Source of the DNA: Octopus vulgaris
Taxonomy: Eukaryota
Direction of reading: 5' to 3'
DNA length: 64,000 nucleotides
NCBI GenBank assembly: GCA_951406725.2
Contig: OX597825.1
Location: 56,110,001-56,174,000 of the forward strand
Part shown: piece after piece, positions 14,663 through 28,999 of the stretch
Position numbering within the stretch: position 1 is the stretch's first letter
How the letters are laid out: each line of letters begins with the position of its first letter
Position numbers and translations under genes: made by a program
Notes under the pieces: model-generated
Databases searched by the model: none
Told to the model about the DNA's origin: nothing
The model's input: the letters and a program-made list of their open reading frames with translations, nothing else

Positions 14663-16500
14663 TAATAATAATAGTAATAAATTCTGCATAGCCCTAATAC
14701 CCCTTGCAAGTGAATTAAACAGAACAGGGTATGGGTATAAAATTGCCAATAAAAAAATAAGCCATCTATTTTATATGGATGACTTAAAACTTTATGGTAA
14801 AGACAATAATGAACTTGAAGGCCTATTGCGCACCGTGAAAGCATTCAGCGATGACATCGGGATGGAGTTTGGACTTGAGAAGTGTGCCAAGGCCACTTTC
14901 CAAAAAGGGAAAGTGAAGACCACAAATTCAGTCGTGTTAGATGTTGACACAGTCATAAGAGAGCTTGAGCCAGAACAAACATACAAATATTTAGGGATAA
15001 ATGAAGGCTCTGGTATTCAGCATGCAAGCATGAAAGAGAAAATCAAGAAGGAATGTTATAGGAGAGTTCGTGCAGTCATGAAATCTTAACTAAATGCACG
15101 TAACAAGGTGTTAGCTATAAATTCCTTAGCAGTTCCAGTTGTTACTTATAGCTACAATGTGTTGAACTGGAATATGAGTGAAGTAAAGAATATAGATAGA
15201 AAAATACGCAAGCTGCTGAGTTGTAATAGGATGCACCACCCAAAGGCAGACGTAGATCGCCTTTACCTTCCCAGAGCCCAAGGAGGTCGAGGCCTGATCC
15301 AATTTGAACTAGCTTACAAAACAACCACAATTGGACTGGCCAAATATCTCGAAATATCGAATGACTGGATGCTAAAGCTCGTGGAAAATCACGAGATACG
15401 AAAGAAGCTTCATTCTATCATAAAGGAAAGCAAAAAATTTGCTATTGATCTCGTGCAGGATACCCAAACTGAACAACCCGAGGGAAGTACGGCAACTATT
15501 GTTGCAAAGAAGGTGAAAATGATGGCAATGAAGAAAGCGTACGAGCAATTGGCTGATAGGTGGGAGGAGAAACCCCTGCACGGCAAATATGTGACCCGCA
15601 GCAAACAAGCTGATGTTGACCAGAAGCAAACCCATCAGTGGCTACGGAGCTCAGGGCTAAAAGCAGAGAGCGAAGGTTTCATCCTGGCTGCTCAAGATCA
15701 AAGCCTATTAACCCGGAACTACCAGGCCAATGTGATGAAAAATGGAGCAGACCCAAAATGCCGATTCTGCAACGACATGATTGAAACAGTGGACCACCTA
15801 ATCTCTGGATGTAAAGTCTTAGCACCAGTGGAGTATAAATTAATACATGACAGAGTTGGCCAATATCTCCACTGGCTAATAAGTCGGCATTACAATATCA
15901 AAACTGCCGACAAGTGGTATAATCACCACCCTGAGGCTGTAACTGAAGGAGAAAATGTAACCATTCTGTGGGACTTTCCAGTACATACAGACCGAACCAT
16001 CAAGGCCAATAAACCAGATATTGTTGTGAAAGACCAAAACAATAAAGTTTGCTTATTGATCGACATGAGCATCCCCTGTGATCATAATATCTCAGCGAAA
16101 GAGTTTGACAAGCTCAGAAAATATAAAGACCTACTCATTGAAATTGAGAAAATGTGGCATCTCAAGGCGGTTACAATACCAGTGATCGTAGGAGCACTAG
16201 GAATGATCAAGAAGGGAACCGAAAATTATATGAGAATGATCCCTGGCTTACCATCCCTGCAAGAAGTGCAAAAGATTGTCTTAACTGGTACATCACACGT
16301 ATTGAGAAGAGCATTGTCGATGTGAGAACTGTTGCTGCTCATGTATTTTAATTTAACTTTAAAAAAAAAAAAAAAAATGAACGAAATACTGAGTTTGGTT
16401 TAATGGCCTACCAATGTATACTATGAGTTTCTTTGCCCTAGGAGTCGGGAAGACACTCGGCAAGAAATGGAAGCAAATTTGAAAGAAGAAAAAAAAAGGA
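14660..16500 (+). mobile_element. Dong/R4 element 3, 5'-truncated and well preserved
   Basis: Starts within RT (ALIPLASELNRTGYGY..HLFYMDDLKLYG); 3' UTR ends in an A-rich stretch then (AAT)n. Confidence 0.92.
14775..16325 (+). pseudogene. R4/Dong RT C-half, CCHC zinc knuckle and PD-(D/E)xK REL endonuclease
   Basis: ORFs 14775-15089 and 15108-16325 share a frame and are separated by one TAA. Motifs: MDD, GGRGL, CRFC-x8-H-x4-C, KPDIV..IDMSIP..KYKDL. Confidence 0.92.
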
Positions 16501-16506
16501 ATAATA

Positions 16507-16616
<110 letters not shown>

Positions 16617-16689
16617 AAGAAGAAGAAGAAGAAGAACAAGAAGAAGAACAAGAAGAACAAGAAGAAGAACAACAACAACAATAATTATC

Positions 16690-17773
16690 ATAATATTACA
16701 AAATAACCACCATAGGACTACAAAAATACCTACTTCCGAAGCAAAGAAAACTAACACAAATAACCACAAAACACGAACAAAACAAAAACTGTTTTCTGAC
16801 TTTATGGAAACTGACAAATATAAACAAGAATTCATTGCCCCTAACAACTATGAAGAAAAAGAAAAAACAGCAAAAGCTGTAAAACAACTGAAATCCAAAC
16901 TAAAACTGGAAGAGCAACGAGGGCAAGAAAAGCTCCTTCATGGAAAACACTGGGTTAAACTAAACGCAAAAGAAACAGTGAAAGCAAAAACCCAACAATC
17001 GCTGAGAAGCTCAAGACTCAAAGCAGAGACCGAAGGATTTTTAATTGAAGCACAAGACCAAAGCTTCCCCATCAGAAATTACCAAAAAGATAACAAGAAG
17101 CATAACAAGTAACTGCAGAATATGTGGAGAAGAAAAAGAAACAATAAATCATATTGTCTCTGGTTGCCTAGTCCTGGCTAAGAAGGAATATATTCACAGA
17201 CACAACAGAGTTGGTACCTACATACACTGGAAGCTATGCCGACGCTATGGAATAACAACAGAAAAAGATGGAATAGACACACGCAGCGAAAGGTCACAGA
17301 AAATGAGAAAGCAACCATACTATGGGATATGACAATACACACAGATAGCCAAATTAAGGTCAATAGGCCAGATGTTGTTGCCAGAGATCATCAAGCAAAA
17401 ATAAATGCTTTCTAATTGATGTATCAATACCAACAGATGACAACATTTCTCTAAAAGAAATGGAAAAACTTTAAACAAAGTTAAATTACAAACACCTGGA
17501 ACAAGAGGTAACTCGAATATGGAGTCTAAAACAAATAATTGCTATCATAATAGGCGTATTAGGTATGATAAAAAAATATTCAGACAAATACATAACAAAA
17601 ACACAAAGACTAACAAATATATATAACATACAGAAAATAGCACTACTAGGTACCGCACACATCCTACGTAAAACACTTTCAATAAGAGCATCTCTACAAA
17701 CCACAGCACATTCCCAAGGCACACAGAGCTGCGCTCGGTAGTGCAGTGAAAGCACGTGATAAAAATAAGAGTA

Positions 17774-17777
<4 letters not shown>
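16690..17777 (+). mobile_element. Dong/R4 element 4, decayed 3' part
   Basis: LKAETEGFLIEAQDQS, CRICGEEKETINHIVSGC, IQKIALLGTAHILRKTLS; followed by (AAT)n. Confidence 0.88.
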
Positions 17778-17841
<64 letters not shown>

Positions 17842-17842
17842 C

Positions 17843-17874
<32 letters not shown>

Positions 17875-17917
17875 CGATGACGATGACGATGATGATGATG
17901 ATGATGATGATGATAAA

Positions 17918-18471
17918 TTCCCTGATGCAGTACCAGACAAGTGGCTCTGATGGATTCTGATCTCAACTGATTGGAAGTGTTATCATGTACATTGTTTTGT
18001 CTTGGTATAAAAGATGGGCTACAGCAAATATTCTGCTCAATACTTATTTGCTTGTCAGTTGCTTGACCATAACCAGTTGACCATGTCCCTTAGTGGCTGA
18101 CGATATGTGCATCTCTGATCATGAGAAGAAGTAGTGGGGGAGCATCATAGCCATGTGTTGAGAGGGATTCATTGAGGTTTGAATAATTCACCTCTGGAAA
18201 CATGGGTAATTCGTTCAACATACTTAAACAATCCTTAGTTAGGGACCTTTTGAGTGGGATGGGCTACTCGACCAGAAGGAAACTTTAACTGGGCACCACC
18301 CGCAAGGTCATGCGCTATTTATCTTGATATTGGATCACCATGTCGCGCACATATGGTTGTGATGCATGTGCCTGGTGTACCCTTATCAGACGGGTAGTCA
18401 CGATGAGTATACTGGGCTTCGTATATTTTACCCCCAGTGTAACTTTGTTGGCATACACTGCTCTCTCACTC
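17918..18471 (+). mobile_element. Family D, longest copy (~550 bp)
   Basis: Four homologous copies in the window, all ending at an (AAT)n-type tract. Confidence 0.8.
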
Positions 18472-18528
<57 letters not shown>

Positions 18529-18707
18529 TCTTTCTAAATTGGCAACAAGGTCTGCATACAAATGTTGAATGTCTTCGACAATAATTAACAACCAATTGTC
18601 AAAGTTTATAACGTGCGGAAAGAGACCCTGTGAGACCCCTGACAACAGGCTGTTGTCTTCTCTCAGAGAATCAACAAGAGCAAACGAAACCGAGCGCTCT
18701 GAGAATT

Positions 18708-19170
18708 AAAACAACAATAAATCTTTATTGGCAACAAAGGCTACATACAAAACATAAAGAATGATACAAATCAAAGGACAGCGGGTGTTCGCATAAAAAC
18801 ACGTGTAAGCAATGAAACAAAAGTAATATATTAATACGATCTTCCCCAAAAGGTGTAGCACCATCCTGGGACAACCAAGAAACTGCACACATCCTGGACA
18901 CCCTGATTATCAAGGACCTCTCTGGCAGGCATCCCTCTTTTCTTCATTCCTCCAGCCTACAAGCGCAAGCTCAGAGCAGACGCTTTCACACGGGCCATCC
19001 CGCCACATTTACCCACCTTTTAGCCAAACTACGGAGGAATGCGCAGCCAACCTTTTCTTTCTATTCTCATTCAGTTTTCTAAGTGGAACTTGAAAAGCCA
19101 ATGAGAGCTTTTCCAAAGAGGAAAGTATCTATCTTCAGATACTTTTCCGAAGAGGAAAGTATCTGTCTTT
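18708..19170 (-). mobile_element. L1/Tx1 LINE 3' end with 3' UTR
   Basis: LFKFHLEN*MRIERK...ARVKASALSLRL* resembles a Tx1 C-terminus; the minus strand has AATAAA just before the end. Confidence 0.6.
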
Positions 19171-19239
19171 CTGCCTCATCCACCACATTATTATAACCCC
19201 TGCCACCCATATCTACCCCCTATTTGACTGATATTTAGT

Positions 19240-20380
19240 TTATCATACACAGAGCCGACCCAGATTGACTGATAGAATTTCAACTCTGGATGCTGTGAAA
19301 GATAAGCAGCAATGATTTAAGGCATGTTGAATCATATATAGATGTGATCTTCCGGTTGTTGTTGCAACTCCAGTTGTGAGTCACAGATTTTTATCCATTT
19401 TACGTGTCACAGATCATAACTATTAAGAGAACTAGCTGTTTCGTGCTGTATTGGTTCTGTGTAAAATCACAGAATGTTTCTTCCCATTCAGCATATCTAG
19501 TCGACCAAACTCTACAGTTTTGTTACCTCAGCAGACCAATTATGTCAAGTCAATATCTCCAGGCTGTTGTCTGTAACTACGAAGTGTGTATCCACAAAGG
19601 GAACCAAAATCTATCAAATCAATATTTAAAGGCTGTATATTTTCAAGTCAAAACCTATTCATAGTCTTCTTCTCGTATGTTTAGTCGATAAATACACATT
19701 GTGTTGATCGTAATCCATAGAGCACATAATCTTTCTCTCATTTGGACAGTTACAAACCGAAACTAGTTATCAATTCGATATCTCCATATTCTCCATATTG
19801 TTTCCATCACATGCATATCTACAAGCACACACACACACATACACACAGTATTTACTCTAGTCAATATCAACTCATACCGTGAATATCTAGTCGATAACTG
19901 TCCAATCCAACATGTCTATTTAGACATGTATTCAATATGAAAACACCGTACAAACGCAGTCAATATTTCTACATCAGGAGAGAAGAGGAAGGTAGCCAGG
20001 CAGAAATTGTGAAGTGGTGCTCACTATTTCTTAACAATCAACTCGCAAGCCTCAACAAACTAAATACCAGTCATATAAGATTAGCTCAATCTACTACTCT
20101 TTCCCAGCAGCCTCACATCGATGTTAAAAATCAATGTTTATTTGTTTTGAGGACACATAGTCATATAATATCTTACCACCAGAATTAGACGTTATCTTTG
20201 GTTAGGCAAGACACTCAGAAATAAAATTACCCAATGTACTAGGTTGTAAATAGGTAACTTAAGGTATTAAAAAAATTTATGTTCCAGGTTGTAGTAAGTT
20301 TGGAAAAATTATTGACTGATCTTACAGCTTACTATCCTGAGTTCAGCTTTTCTTTCAAGAAGACTTCATCAACAAATTTA
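19240..20380 (+). mobile_element. Highly decayed LINE (CR1/L2-like) 3' portion
   Basis: Non-microsatellite block whose end faintly resembles the CR1 FFxxRVVxxWNxL region; no intact ORF. Confidence 0.3.
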
Positions 20381-20514
20381 CTACAGAGGAACCAGTGAAC
20401 CAGTGTAGATCAGTGGACCAGGGGATTAGTGGAGCAGAAGATCAGTGAACAAAAAGAATAGAAAAGCAAGAAAACAGGTGAACCAGGGAAATAGGGGACC
20501 AGTAAATTAGAATA

Positions 20515-20720
20515 TTCTTTTCTATTCTAGGCACAAGACTCGAAATTTTGGGGGATGGGGCCAGTCAGATTAGATCGACCCAAGCACGCAACTGAAAGGC
20601 AAAGAATGAAAGTCAAAAGTCAACCTCGGCCCCGAATTTGAACTAAGAACGTAAAGACAGACAAAATACCGGTAAGGATTTCGCCCGGTATACTAACGTT
20701 TCTGCCAGCTCGCCGCTTTA
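20515..20720 (-). mobile_element. SINE family B monomer (tail type 2)
   Basis: Reverse complement of aaggcggcgagctggcagaaacgttag; imperfect TSD agtaaattagaatatt / agtaaagaagaatatt. Confidence 0.8.
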
Positions 20721-20836
20721 GTAAAGAAGAATATTAAAAGCGCAAAGAAAGAGTTGAACCAGGGAAGCAAGGAGCCGGTGAACAAGAGGATTAGAGGCAC
20801 AGCGAAACAGGGGAACCTAAGAACTGATCAAGCAGG

Positions 20837-20936
20837 NNNNNNNNNNNNNNNNNNNNNNNNNNNNNNNNNNNNNNNNNNNNNNNNNNNNNNNNNNNNNNNN
20901 NNNNNNNNNNNNNNNNNNNNNNNNNNNNNNNNNNNN
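20837..20936. other. Assembly gap (100 N)
   Basis: Run of n. Confidence 0.99.
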
Positions 20937-21145
20937 AAGCAGGGAATCAGTGGATTTTCAACCAGTGGGCACTCAACCGATTCGATCTGTTGTTGGGCTC
21001 AGTCTATAGTTAAGACTACAGTCAATGTGTGTTGGTGAGGAATCCCTGTGTTCATGTGCAGTATGTGTGCGTATGTGTGTGTTTTCAGTTTCCGCTTCTG
21101 GCTGTGTATTTACACATCTGCTAGGGAGAAAGAGAAAGAGAGAGA

Positions 21146-21183
<38 letters not shown>

Positions 21184-21571
21184 GAGAGAGAGAGAACACT
21201 GGCTCTGTTCTAAATTGAACACATGACGTATGACCATTAACCAACAGGTGGACTTGTCGACCACGCAGTACAGCCATTATGTTATACACAAACGTATATA
21301 CACACACAAAATCACACACAGGCACATACACATTTAGTCAATACCTATACAGCATAGATAGACACACACAGACACAGACACGTATACGTATATGTGTGTA
21401 TGCATATATCTGTATGTGTATCGGTGTGCGTATATATATATACACACTCACAACCACGCGCACACACATACATACATACATACATACATACATACATACA
21501 TACATACATACATACACACACACATACATACATACGTACATACATACATACACACACACATACATACATAC

Positions 21572-21610
<39 letters not shown>

Positions 21611-22479
21611 GAGACACATCAATGCATATATAGCGTATGTTTTGAGTTAATATCACCAAAGCATGACAATCTGAAGTGTATCACTCGCTTACGTCCACCA
21701 TATCGAAGGTATGTGTTTACCTTGTTCATTTATTAAATATATTTATTAAATGTATTTTCTGTTTCCTTGGAGAGAAATACAAAATACAATACATCAAATA
21801 TTATGAAGGTATTCATTAATTATTTATATCTTACACTGTAGAAGAGGCGAGTTTGGTACGATCGATTTTTATCGATCTTGTCCATCACAAGTACTTCTAT
21901 TATCGATATCGGAGAGATGAAAGTCAAAATCGAACCTGATCGTGTTTCTTTTTTCTTCTTTTTTTGTGGTAGCGCTCTACTCTAGACTCTTGTGTGAAGA
22001 ACCTCTGGAACTAATAATAAGGTGAAGATGGGATTTATTCCCACAGCTGAGACACTTCCAGGTTATTGCAGCAGTGTTGGCCACGTTGAGGGCACCAAAA
22101 CGGTTGAATGATGTTAAAATATGGCAACGAATTAACTCTGCAGCCCATGATTGCGCTGGGCTTTGAACTCAGCGCATACAACTATATATGTAAATAATAT
22201 TATTCATTTGCTGCCGTCAATTGTTGTTCATTTTTGCTGTTATTGTTTTCACTCGAGCTCGGTCCTGAGCGAACAGGCCTATGAAAGTTAATTTGGCTGT
22301 AAAAAATCACATGATCTTCGAGCATATTTTACCCTGTATTGTATCATTTAATTTGAGAATGTGTGGGACCTTGAACGCTAAGCTGTTACAGTATTGGGTT
22401 CTTTCACTCGAACTAGATCTTTGGTACTATATAGTGGTGTTCAAGCAACTGTCAATAGCTACGAGTATGATAAAAAAAA

Positions 22480-23350
22480 TTATCACAGGTAGTAAAGGAC
22501 TTTGATTATGCCGCAAGATTACAGAGGGACATAAATGTAATATATAAGTGGTTTGAAGGAAACTACATGCACTTTTATGGTGAAAAGTTTCATGCAGTGT
22601 GCTATCCAATTCACCACCTCCTGTATGTACTGGACCAGAAGGTACTGCAATCTCAGAGTTATAGACAGTAAGAGAGTTGGTGACTAGTATGTATAATGAG
22701 GCATCGATACATATTCACAGCAATATATATGCACCAAGATAGGAACAAATTGTAATCAATTGGTCGGAGGGTTACTACTTTACTTCAAAGCAACAGACCC
22801 AAAAAATCATGTTGCCTCTGTGGAAGACCTTTGTTTTCAGTCGCCTAGACTATAGCTCTCAACTGTGGTCACCACATAGTGTCTATCTAACAGCAGAGCT
22901 TGAAGCGATCCAACGTTACTTCACTAAAAATATTGTAGCAATACAGCAGATAAACTACAGGATGAAGCTGAAAAAACAGCGAATTTATTCCTTGGAGCAA
23001 TGAATATGAAATAGTCTTCCACACGTTATGCTCTTAATGAAAGACCGCTACGAAATATACAGAAAATAAATGCGCGAACTGGAAGGAAACTTACTGAAGG
23101 TAACCGCCACATCATTCATTCAAAGTCAGAACCAGGTACTGCAACAACATAGGGTTCATGGGCCTACAGATTTTCAATGCTCTGCACCCATAATCCCCAC
23201 AAAAATAGAATAAAATAAGAAGCCTACACAATGTGGATGTAGATGTCTTCGAAATTAACTGTACATTCTCGTATCCATTATACAAGACAACCCAGTGTCC
23301 CGGCATGAAGCACAGATGATGGCAGCACTGTCAAACTACTTCGTACATGA
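22480..23350 (+). mobile_element. CR1-clade LINE RT C-terminal remnant
   Basis: LWKTFVFSRLDYSSQLWSPH...LEAIQRYFTK...YSLEQ is a typical CR1 post-RT motif. Confidence 0.8.
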
Positions 23351-23545
23351 AATGAGTTACCAATTAGGATAAAAGCACATGCAGGAGGGATAATAAGAAA
23401 TCTCATCACCCTGATAAAAAAATCAACTAAGAAAACTGTGGTAAAGCTGCAAAACCACAGTCGTACCCAGCATGATTACAACTACATAGCTGGAACCAAT
23501 AAAAGAAAATTTAAAAAATAGAAATATATATAGGCGCAGAAGTGG

Positions 23546-23970
23546 CTATAGGCGCAGGAGTGGATGTGTGGTAAGTAGCTTGCTAACCAACCACATGGTT
23601 CCGAGTTCAGTCCCACTGCGTGGCATCTTAGGCAAGTGTCTTCTACTATAGCCTCGGGCCGACCAATGCCTTGTGAATGGATTTGGTAGACGGAAACTGA
23701 AAGAAGCCTGTCGCATATATGTATATATATATGTGTGTGTGTGTATGTGTTTGTGTGTCTGTGTTTGTCCCTCTAGCATTGCTTGACAACCGATGCTGGT
23801 GTGTTTACGTCCCCGTCACTTAGCGGTTCGGCAAAAGAGACCGATAGAATAAGTACTGGGCTTACAAAGAATAAGTCCCGGGGTCGATTTGCTCGACTAA
23901 AGGCGGTGCTCCAGCATGGCCGCAGTCAAATGACTGAAACAAGTAAAAGAGTAAAGAGTAAAGAGTAAAT
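23546..23970 (+). mobile_element. SINE family A, full length
   Basis: A-box-like tggatgtgtgg, B-box-like gagttcagtcc, ggcaagtgtctt core, internal TA/TG tract, gagtaaa tail. Confidence 0.88.
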
Positions 23971-25274
23971 ATAGCTGTTGAACCATGTCACAAATATATT
24001 TAAACTAACCTAAATTCTGTTTAGGCCTAAACACTGCTTAGCGCTATCATTTCATTACTTTCCTCGATACACACGCGTACACACACACATATAGGTTTAT
24101 CCTTTCCAACCAGCTCATCTATTGGATTGAGGAAATCTTGGTGCGGTGACATTGAATGTTCTTGAGCTCTGCTGTTTTGACGCTCTGTGGAATGATAATT
24201 GAGAAGGCAAATGTTCTTCATAGAATCAATTTCGTTTTTTCCCCCTTGTTCTGAATGACCACAGAATACAACTAGCCAGTTGCCTGCACATGGTTGCCAG
24301 CTTAGTAGTATGCACATTACATTTGGCTACATATTCTAGCTTGAATTTGCATGAATGAATTGATGTAAACCATTTAGTTTGGTGCTTTTCCGGTTCAGCC
24401 CTTTTACTAACTAATGGACAATAAATATTCTAGAAGGTTACCCGTCGCATGAAAGAAAATTTGAAAGTATACTTTTGCCACCATATGCAATATAATGAAA
24501 TATGGCGTACATACAATAAATGTACTTTTATCAAATTGTTTGGTGCTTATAGAAAGTGATTAAATGAATACAAATTATCAAAAGAAAATATTTATTACAT
24601 TAAGATAACATTTAATAAAACAAAATTTCTCGTTTGCGTTTCCTTTTCCTCTTCTACCTCCATTTTTCCATTTTTTCTCTTCCTCTTCTTCTTCCTTTTC
24701 TTACTCATTCTCTCCTCCTCCTATTCCGCCTTCTCCTCCTCCCTTCTGCTTATGATTCTTCTCTTTCTATGTGTATTATAAAGGCATATTTCACTCATTG
24801 CTACCCGCCACGCCTAGTGTATGCACTCATCTTACACGCCTTATGTTACTATTTCTATATCACACTTTTACTCTCCCTATTTCTCTCTCTCCTCTTCTCT
24901 CTCCCATCTCTCTCTCGTTCTCACACACACTACGATAGTGTAACTGAAGATATCAATCAACCAACATTTATATCGGTTATACAACGACTAGTGTGTTACT
25001 CGTTATTATGATGGGTAATTTTGAAAGTATATTTTTGCAACTGTGTAAGATCAGAAAATATATCACACATAAAATAATCAGGATTTAACATTTATCAAAT
25101 TATTTGATGCTTATAAAAAAAAAGTGACGAAATGAATTTTAATTGAAATGAATTCTAATGAGATCAATCTCTCTTTTGCTCTCTTCCTATACGATTGAAT
25201 ACGTGATGGAAGAAATCGTCCACTCAACTAAACAATGCTTATATTAGCTACCTTCTGAAGCCGATATATATTCT

Positions 25275-25487
25275 TTTAATCTTTTATCCTTTTATTTGTT
25301 TCAGTCATTTGACTGCGACCATGCTGGAGCACCACCTTTAGTCGAACAAATTGACCCCAGGACTTATTCTTTATAAGCCTAGTACTTATTCTATTGGTTC
25401 TTATGCCGAACCGTTAAGTTACGGAGGCACAAACACGCCAAGCGATGGTAGGAGGACAACAGACACACAAACAAACACAGACGCACA

Positions 25488-25540
<53 letters not shown>

Positions 25541-25712
25541 CACACATATATATATAGGATGGGCTTCTTTCGGTTTCTGTCCACCAAATCCACTCACAAG
25601 TCTTTGGTTGGCCCGAGGCTATATTAGAAGACACTTGTCCAAGGTGCCACGCAGTGGGACTGAGCCCGGAACCATGTGGCTGGTAAGCAAACTATTTACC
25701 ATACTGCCACTA
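25275..25712 (-). mobile_element. SINE family A
   Basis: Reverse complement of 23546-23970. Confidence 0.85.
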
Positions 25713-25929
25713 TATGTGTGTGTGCGCGCGTGCGTGTGTGTGCGTGTGTCTGTGTGTGTCTGTGTGAAATGATGGACAAATTGCAAATTGTAACTTCGAA
25801 CTTTTGCTTAAAAAACTCTTGGCGTAACGCTGAAGTCACAGTCAATTTCTTTTAATATTAGATTGGGAAGAAAGACCTGCTGCATTTCAAGATCAGAAAG
25901 AAACAGATGCTTCTTTGGTTTTACTTGAT

Positions 25930-26950
25930 ATTTTTAATCAAGGTAATACCATCTGTTATTATTAATAACATAATCCTATCTATTTAGGAAACTGTTGATT
26001 CATCGGCGTAAAATCCCGCAGGTTTCAAATTAAAGAAACACTCAAAACGATGCTTAATCTCTTCATAATTAATAAAATGTTTTGCCTCTAAATAGTGTTG
26101 CAATGATCTGAAAAGATGATAGCTGGAAGGATGTGAAGAGAATAAGGAGGATGAGGTAAATCAATCCTATATTTAGTGCCATAATCTTTTCGTAAGTTAC
26201 TTAGACAATATGTGGTCTTGCATTATCGTGTAGGAGCAAGACCTTTTACAATCAATTTATGCTGGTTGATTTTTCTGCATATTTTTGTGCCATCCTTCCA
26301 ACTGACGACAATAATTCCCCGTATTAGCTGCTTGGTTTTCGCGTAACACTTCATGATAAACGTCACCCTGCATCAGAGTGTATAACTTTATTCAGATCTA
26401 GTCCTGGTTTTGGGAGTGTAGTTTCGTTTTTTATTGGGAGCTAACCATTGTCTGTTTCGTTGGATATGATTATAGAGAACCTACTTCTAATCACATGTAA
26501 TGATCCTACCCAGAAAATGTTCGATAGCAAGTCTATTCTTCTATCATTAACAGAGTATTACTCTTTGATTAAAACGAAGAGTAGTCAGATGACGAAGGAC
26601 CCACTGGCTATGTTCAGACACCAGAGTTCATAAATGTGTGATTTGAACTGAACTGTTTTGCTAATTCTTGTGCAGTTTGATTTCGATTTTACTCAGCTAC
26701 CGTTTTCTGGTCTATATTGACAAAACATCGTGTTCTAAATCCACGACGATGTGAGAGAGAAACATTTCCCAAGTGGAACTCACCAAATCATCATTAGCAA
26801 GCCCGGACACTTAAAACTTCGTTTCCATAGACAAAGGGAATATTTATTGCTGCTTCTATTGTTAAAAAGTCCCTCTTGAACTCATACAGCATGCAATATC
26901 TGATATTGGTTCTTACTTAAACTGAATTTAAAAGGGTAACATTGATACAA
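25930..26950 (-). mobile_element. mariner (D,D34D) transposase remnant
   Basis: WVLRHLT (WVPHEL-like), FLGRIITCD*K*VLYN, LLLHDNARPH, PHPPYS. Confidence 0.75.
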
Positions 26951-27303
26951 ATTTAAGCACTATTGTATAAATTTTAGAAAAACATTAGAATATAAAGCAA
27001 TAATGCTCATTTTTACCTCATTTTGAAAGAAAACCTCAAAGTGATCATGTAAAACATGCAACGGAAGTTTCAATTCAATCTAATGTTTAGCTCTACGTTA
27101 TATAATGAGCGCCCCTTCAGCTGCTGCTGCTGCTGCTGCTTCTTCTTCTTCTTCTTCTTCTTCTTCTTCTTCTTCTTCTTCTTCTTCTTCTTCTTCTTCT
27201 TCTTCTTCTTCTACAACTACAACTACTACTTACTGCTGCTGCTGCTGCCACTTCTGGAGTGTCGGGATATATATACAGGTACACACATCCATACATATAA
27301 ATG

Positions 27304-27364
<61 letters not shown>

Positions 27365-27435
27365 GTATATATGTTTATACATATTTATATAGATATTTAT
27401 ACATGTATATCTGGGTATATACATATGCACATATA

Positions 27436-27477
<42 letters not shown>

Positions 27478-27534
27478 CACACATATGTACATACATACAA
27501 ACATACATGCATACATACATATATATATACATGC

Positions 27535-27577
<43 letters not shown>

Positions 27578-28010
27578 TACAAGTATATATATGCAACTCT
27601 GTAATACAGATCTGAACTTGCAGATCTCTCTCTATGCGTATTTCTGCGTGATCATGTTCAGTCGTGTTTCTCTAGTTTTGTATTGTTCTATATTGCTGTA
27701 TTTGTGTGTATGCATGCATGTAAGTATGTATGTATTATGCATGTATGCATATATTATGAATGTATGTGTGTATGCACGTATATTTGTAACTGTTTATTGT
27801 TTTGACTTGGAAACTTACAGATGTGATCACATTTCACTATTCTATAACTCTTGTTCCATTTCATATTTATATTATAGAGAATCACATTCTCGCCCATGCA
27901 CGCATGTGTGCAAACATACAGATACACAGACACCCATGCACATGAGTGTGTGTGTATTTGTATGTGCATATATATTTATATACATACATATATTTATATA
28001 CATATATATA

Positions 28011-28046
<36 letters not shown>

Positions 28047-28232
28047 TGTATGTATGTATGTATGTATGTATGTATGTATGTATGTATGTGTGTATGAATA
28101 AATATTCATAGATCCGTAGGTGGCGTGTATGAGTGTGTGCATACAGAACGTAGGAAGAGAATGTTTAGTTGAAAGCAGAAACCAGACGTAATGCTTAAGT
28201 AAAGCATTTTAGTCTTGTATGTGCTGTATAAC

Positions 28233-28269
<37 letters not shown>

Positions 28270-28407
28270 TTAATAATAATAATAATATCAATAATAATAC
28301 TATTTTAACTTGTAATATTATCATTATCATCATCACCGTCATCATTATTATTATTATTACTACTGTTGTTGTTGTTATTATTATTATTATCATTATTATT
28401 ATTATTC

Positions 28408-28462
<55 letters not shown>

Positions 28463-28530
28463 TACTGTTGTTGTTCTTACTGTTATTATTGTTACTATTA
28501 TTATTATTGATATTATTATTATTATTATTA

Positions 28531-28607
<77 letters not shown>

Positions 28608-28924
28608 GTTACTAGTGTTTATTTTTTTATTTTATTATTCGTGTTGGAAATACAAGTGAATGATGGATTGATGGCAAGTTTGATATTCGTCAGTTTTAAG
28701 CATCATAGTCTTGGCATCACTTTGATAGCAATTGATTTTTCTACTCTATGTTTTTTATTTTTGTATCTTTCGGAGTTTTTTTTTAGTTATTTTTATTTTT
28801 TTCTTTTGGTTGGTGTGTGTGTTGAGTGTTGTTTTTTATATTTCTACTATTATTTACTTTTCTGTATTTGTTACATTTGATTTCAGCTGATTTTATCTTA
28901 TATTTCATATACATATACAGATGT

Positions 28925-28999
<75 letters not shown>

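Noticed and set aside
18095-18135. CUGACGA in family D
   Set aside because: No downstream stem II plus GAAA.
20385-20980. Degenerate gaaccagtg-like repeats around the assembly gap (CRISPR-like?)
   Set aside because: Irregular low-complexity minisatellite without repeat-spacer structure, in eukaryotic DNA.
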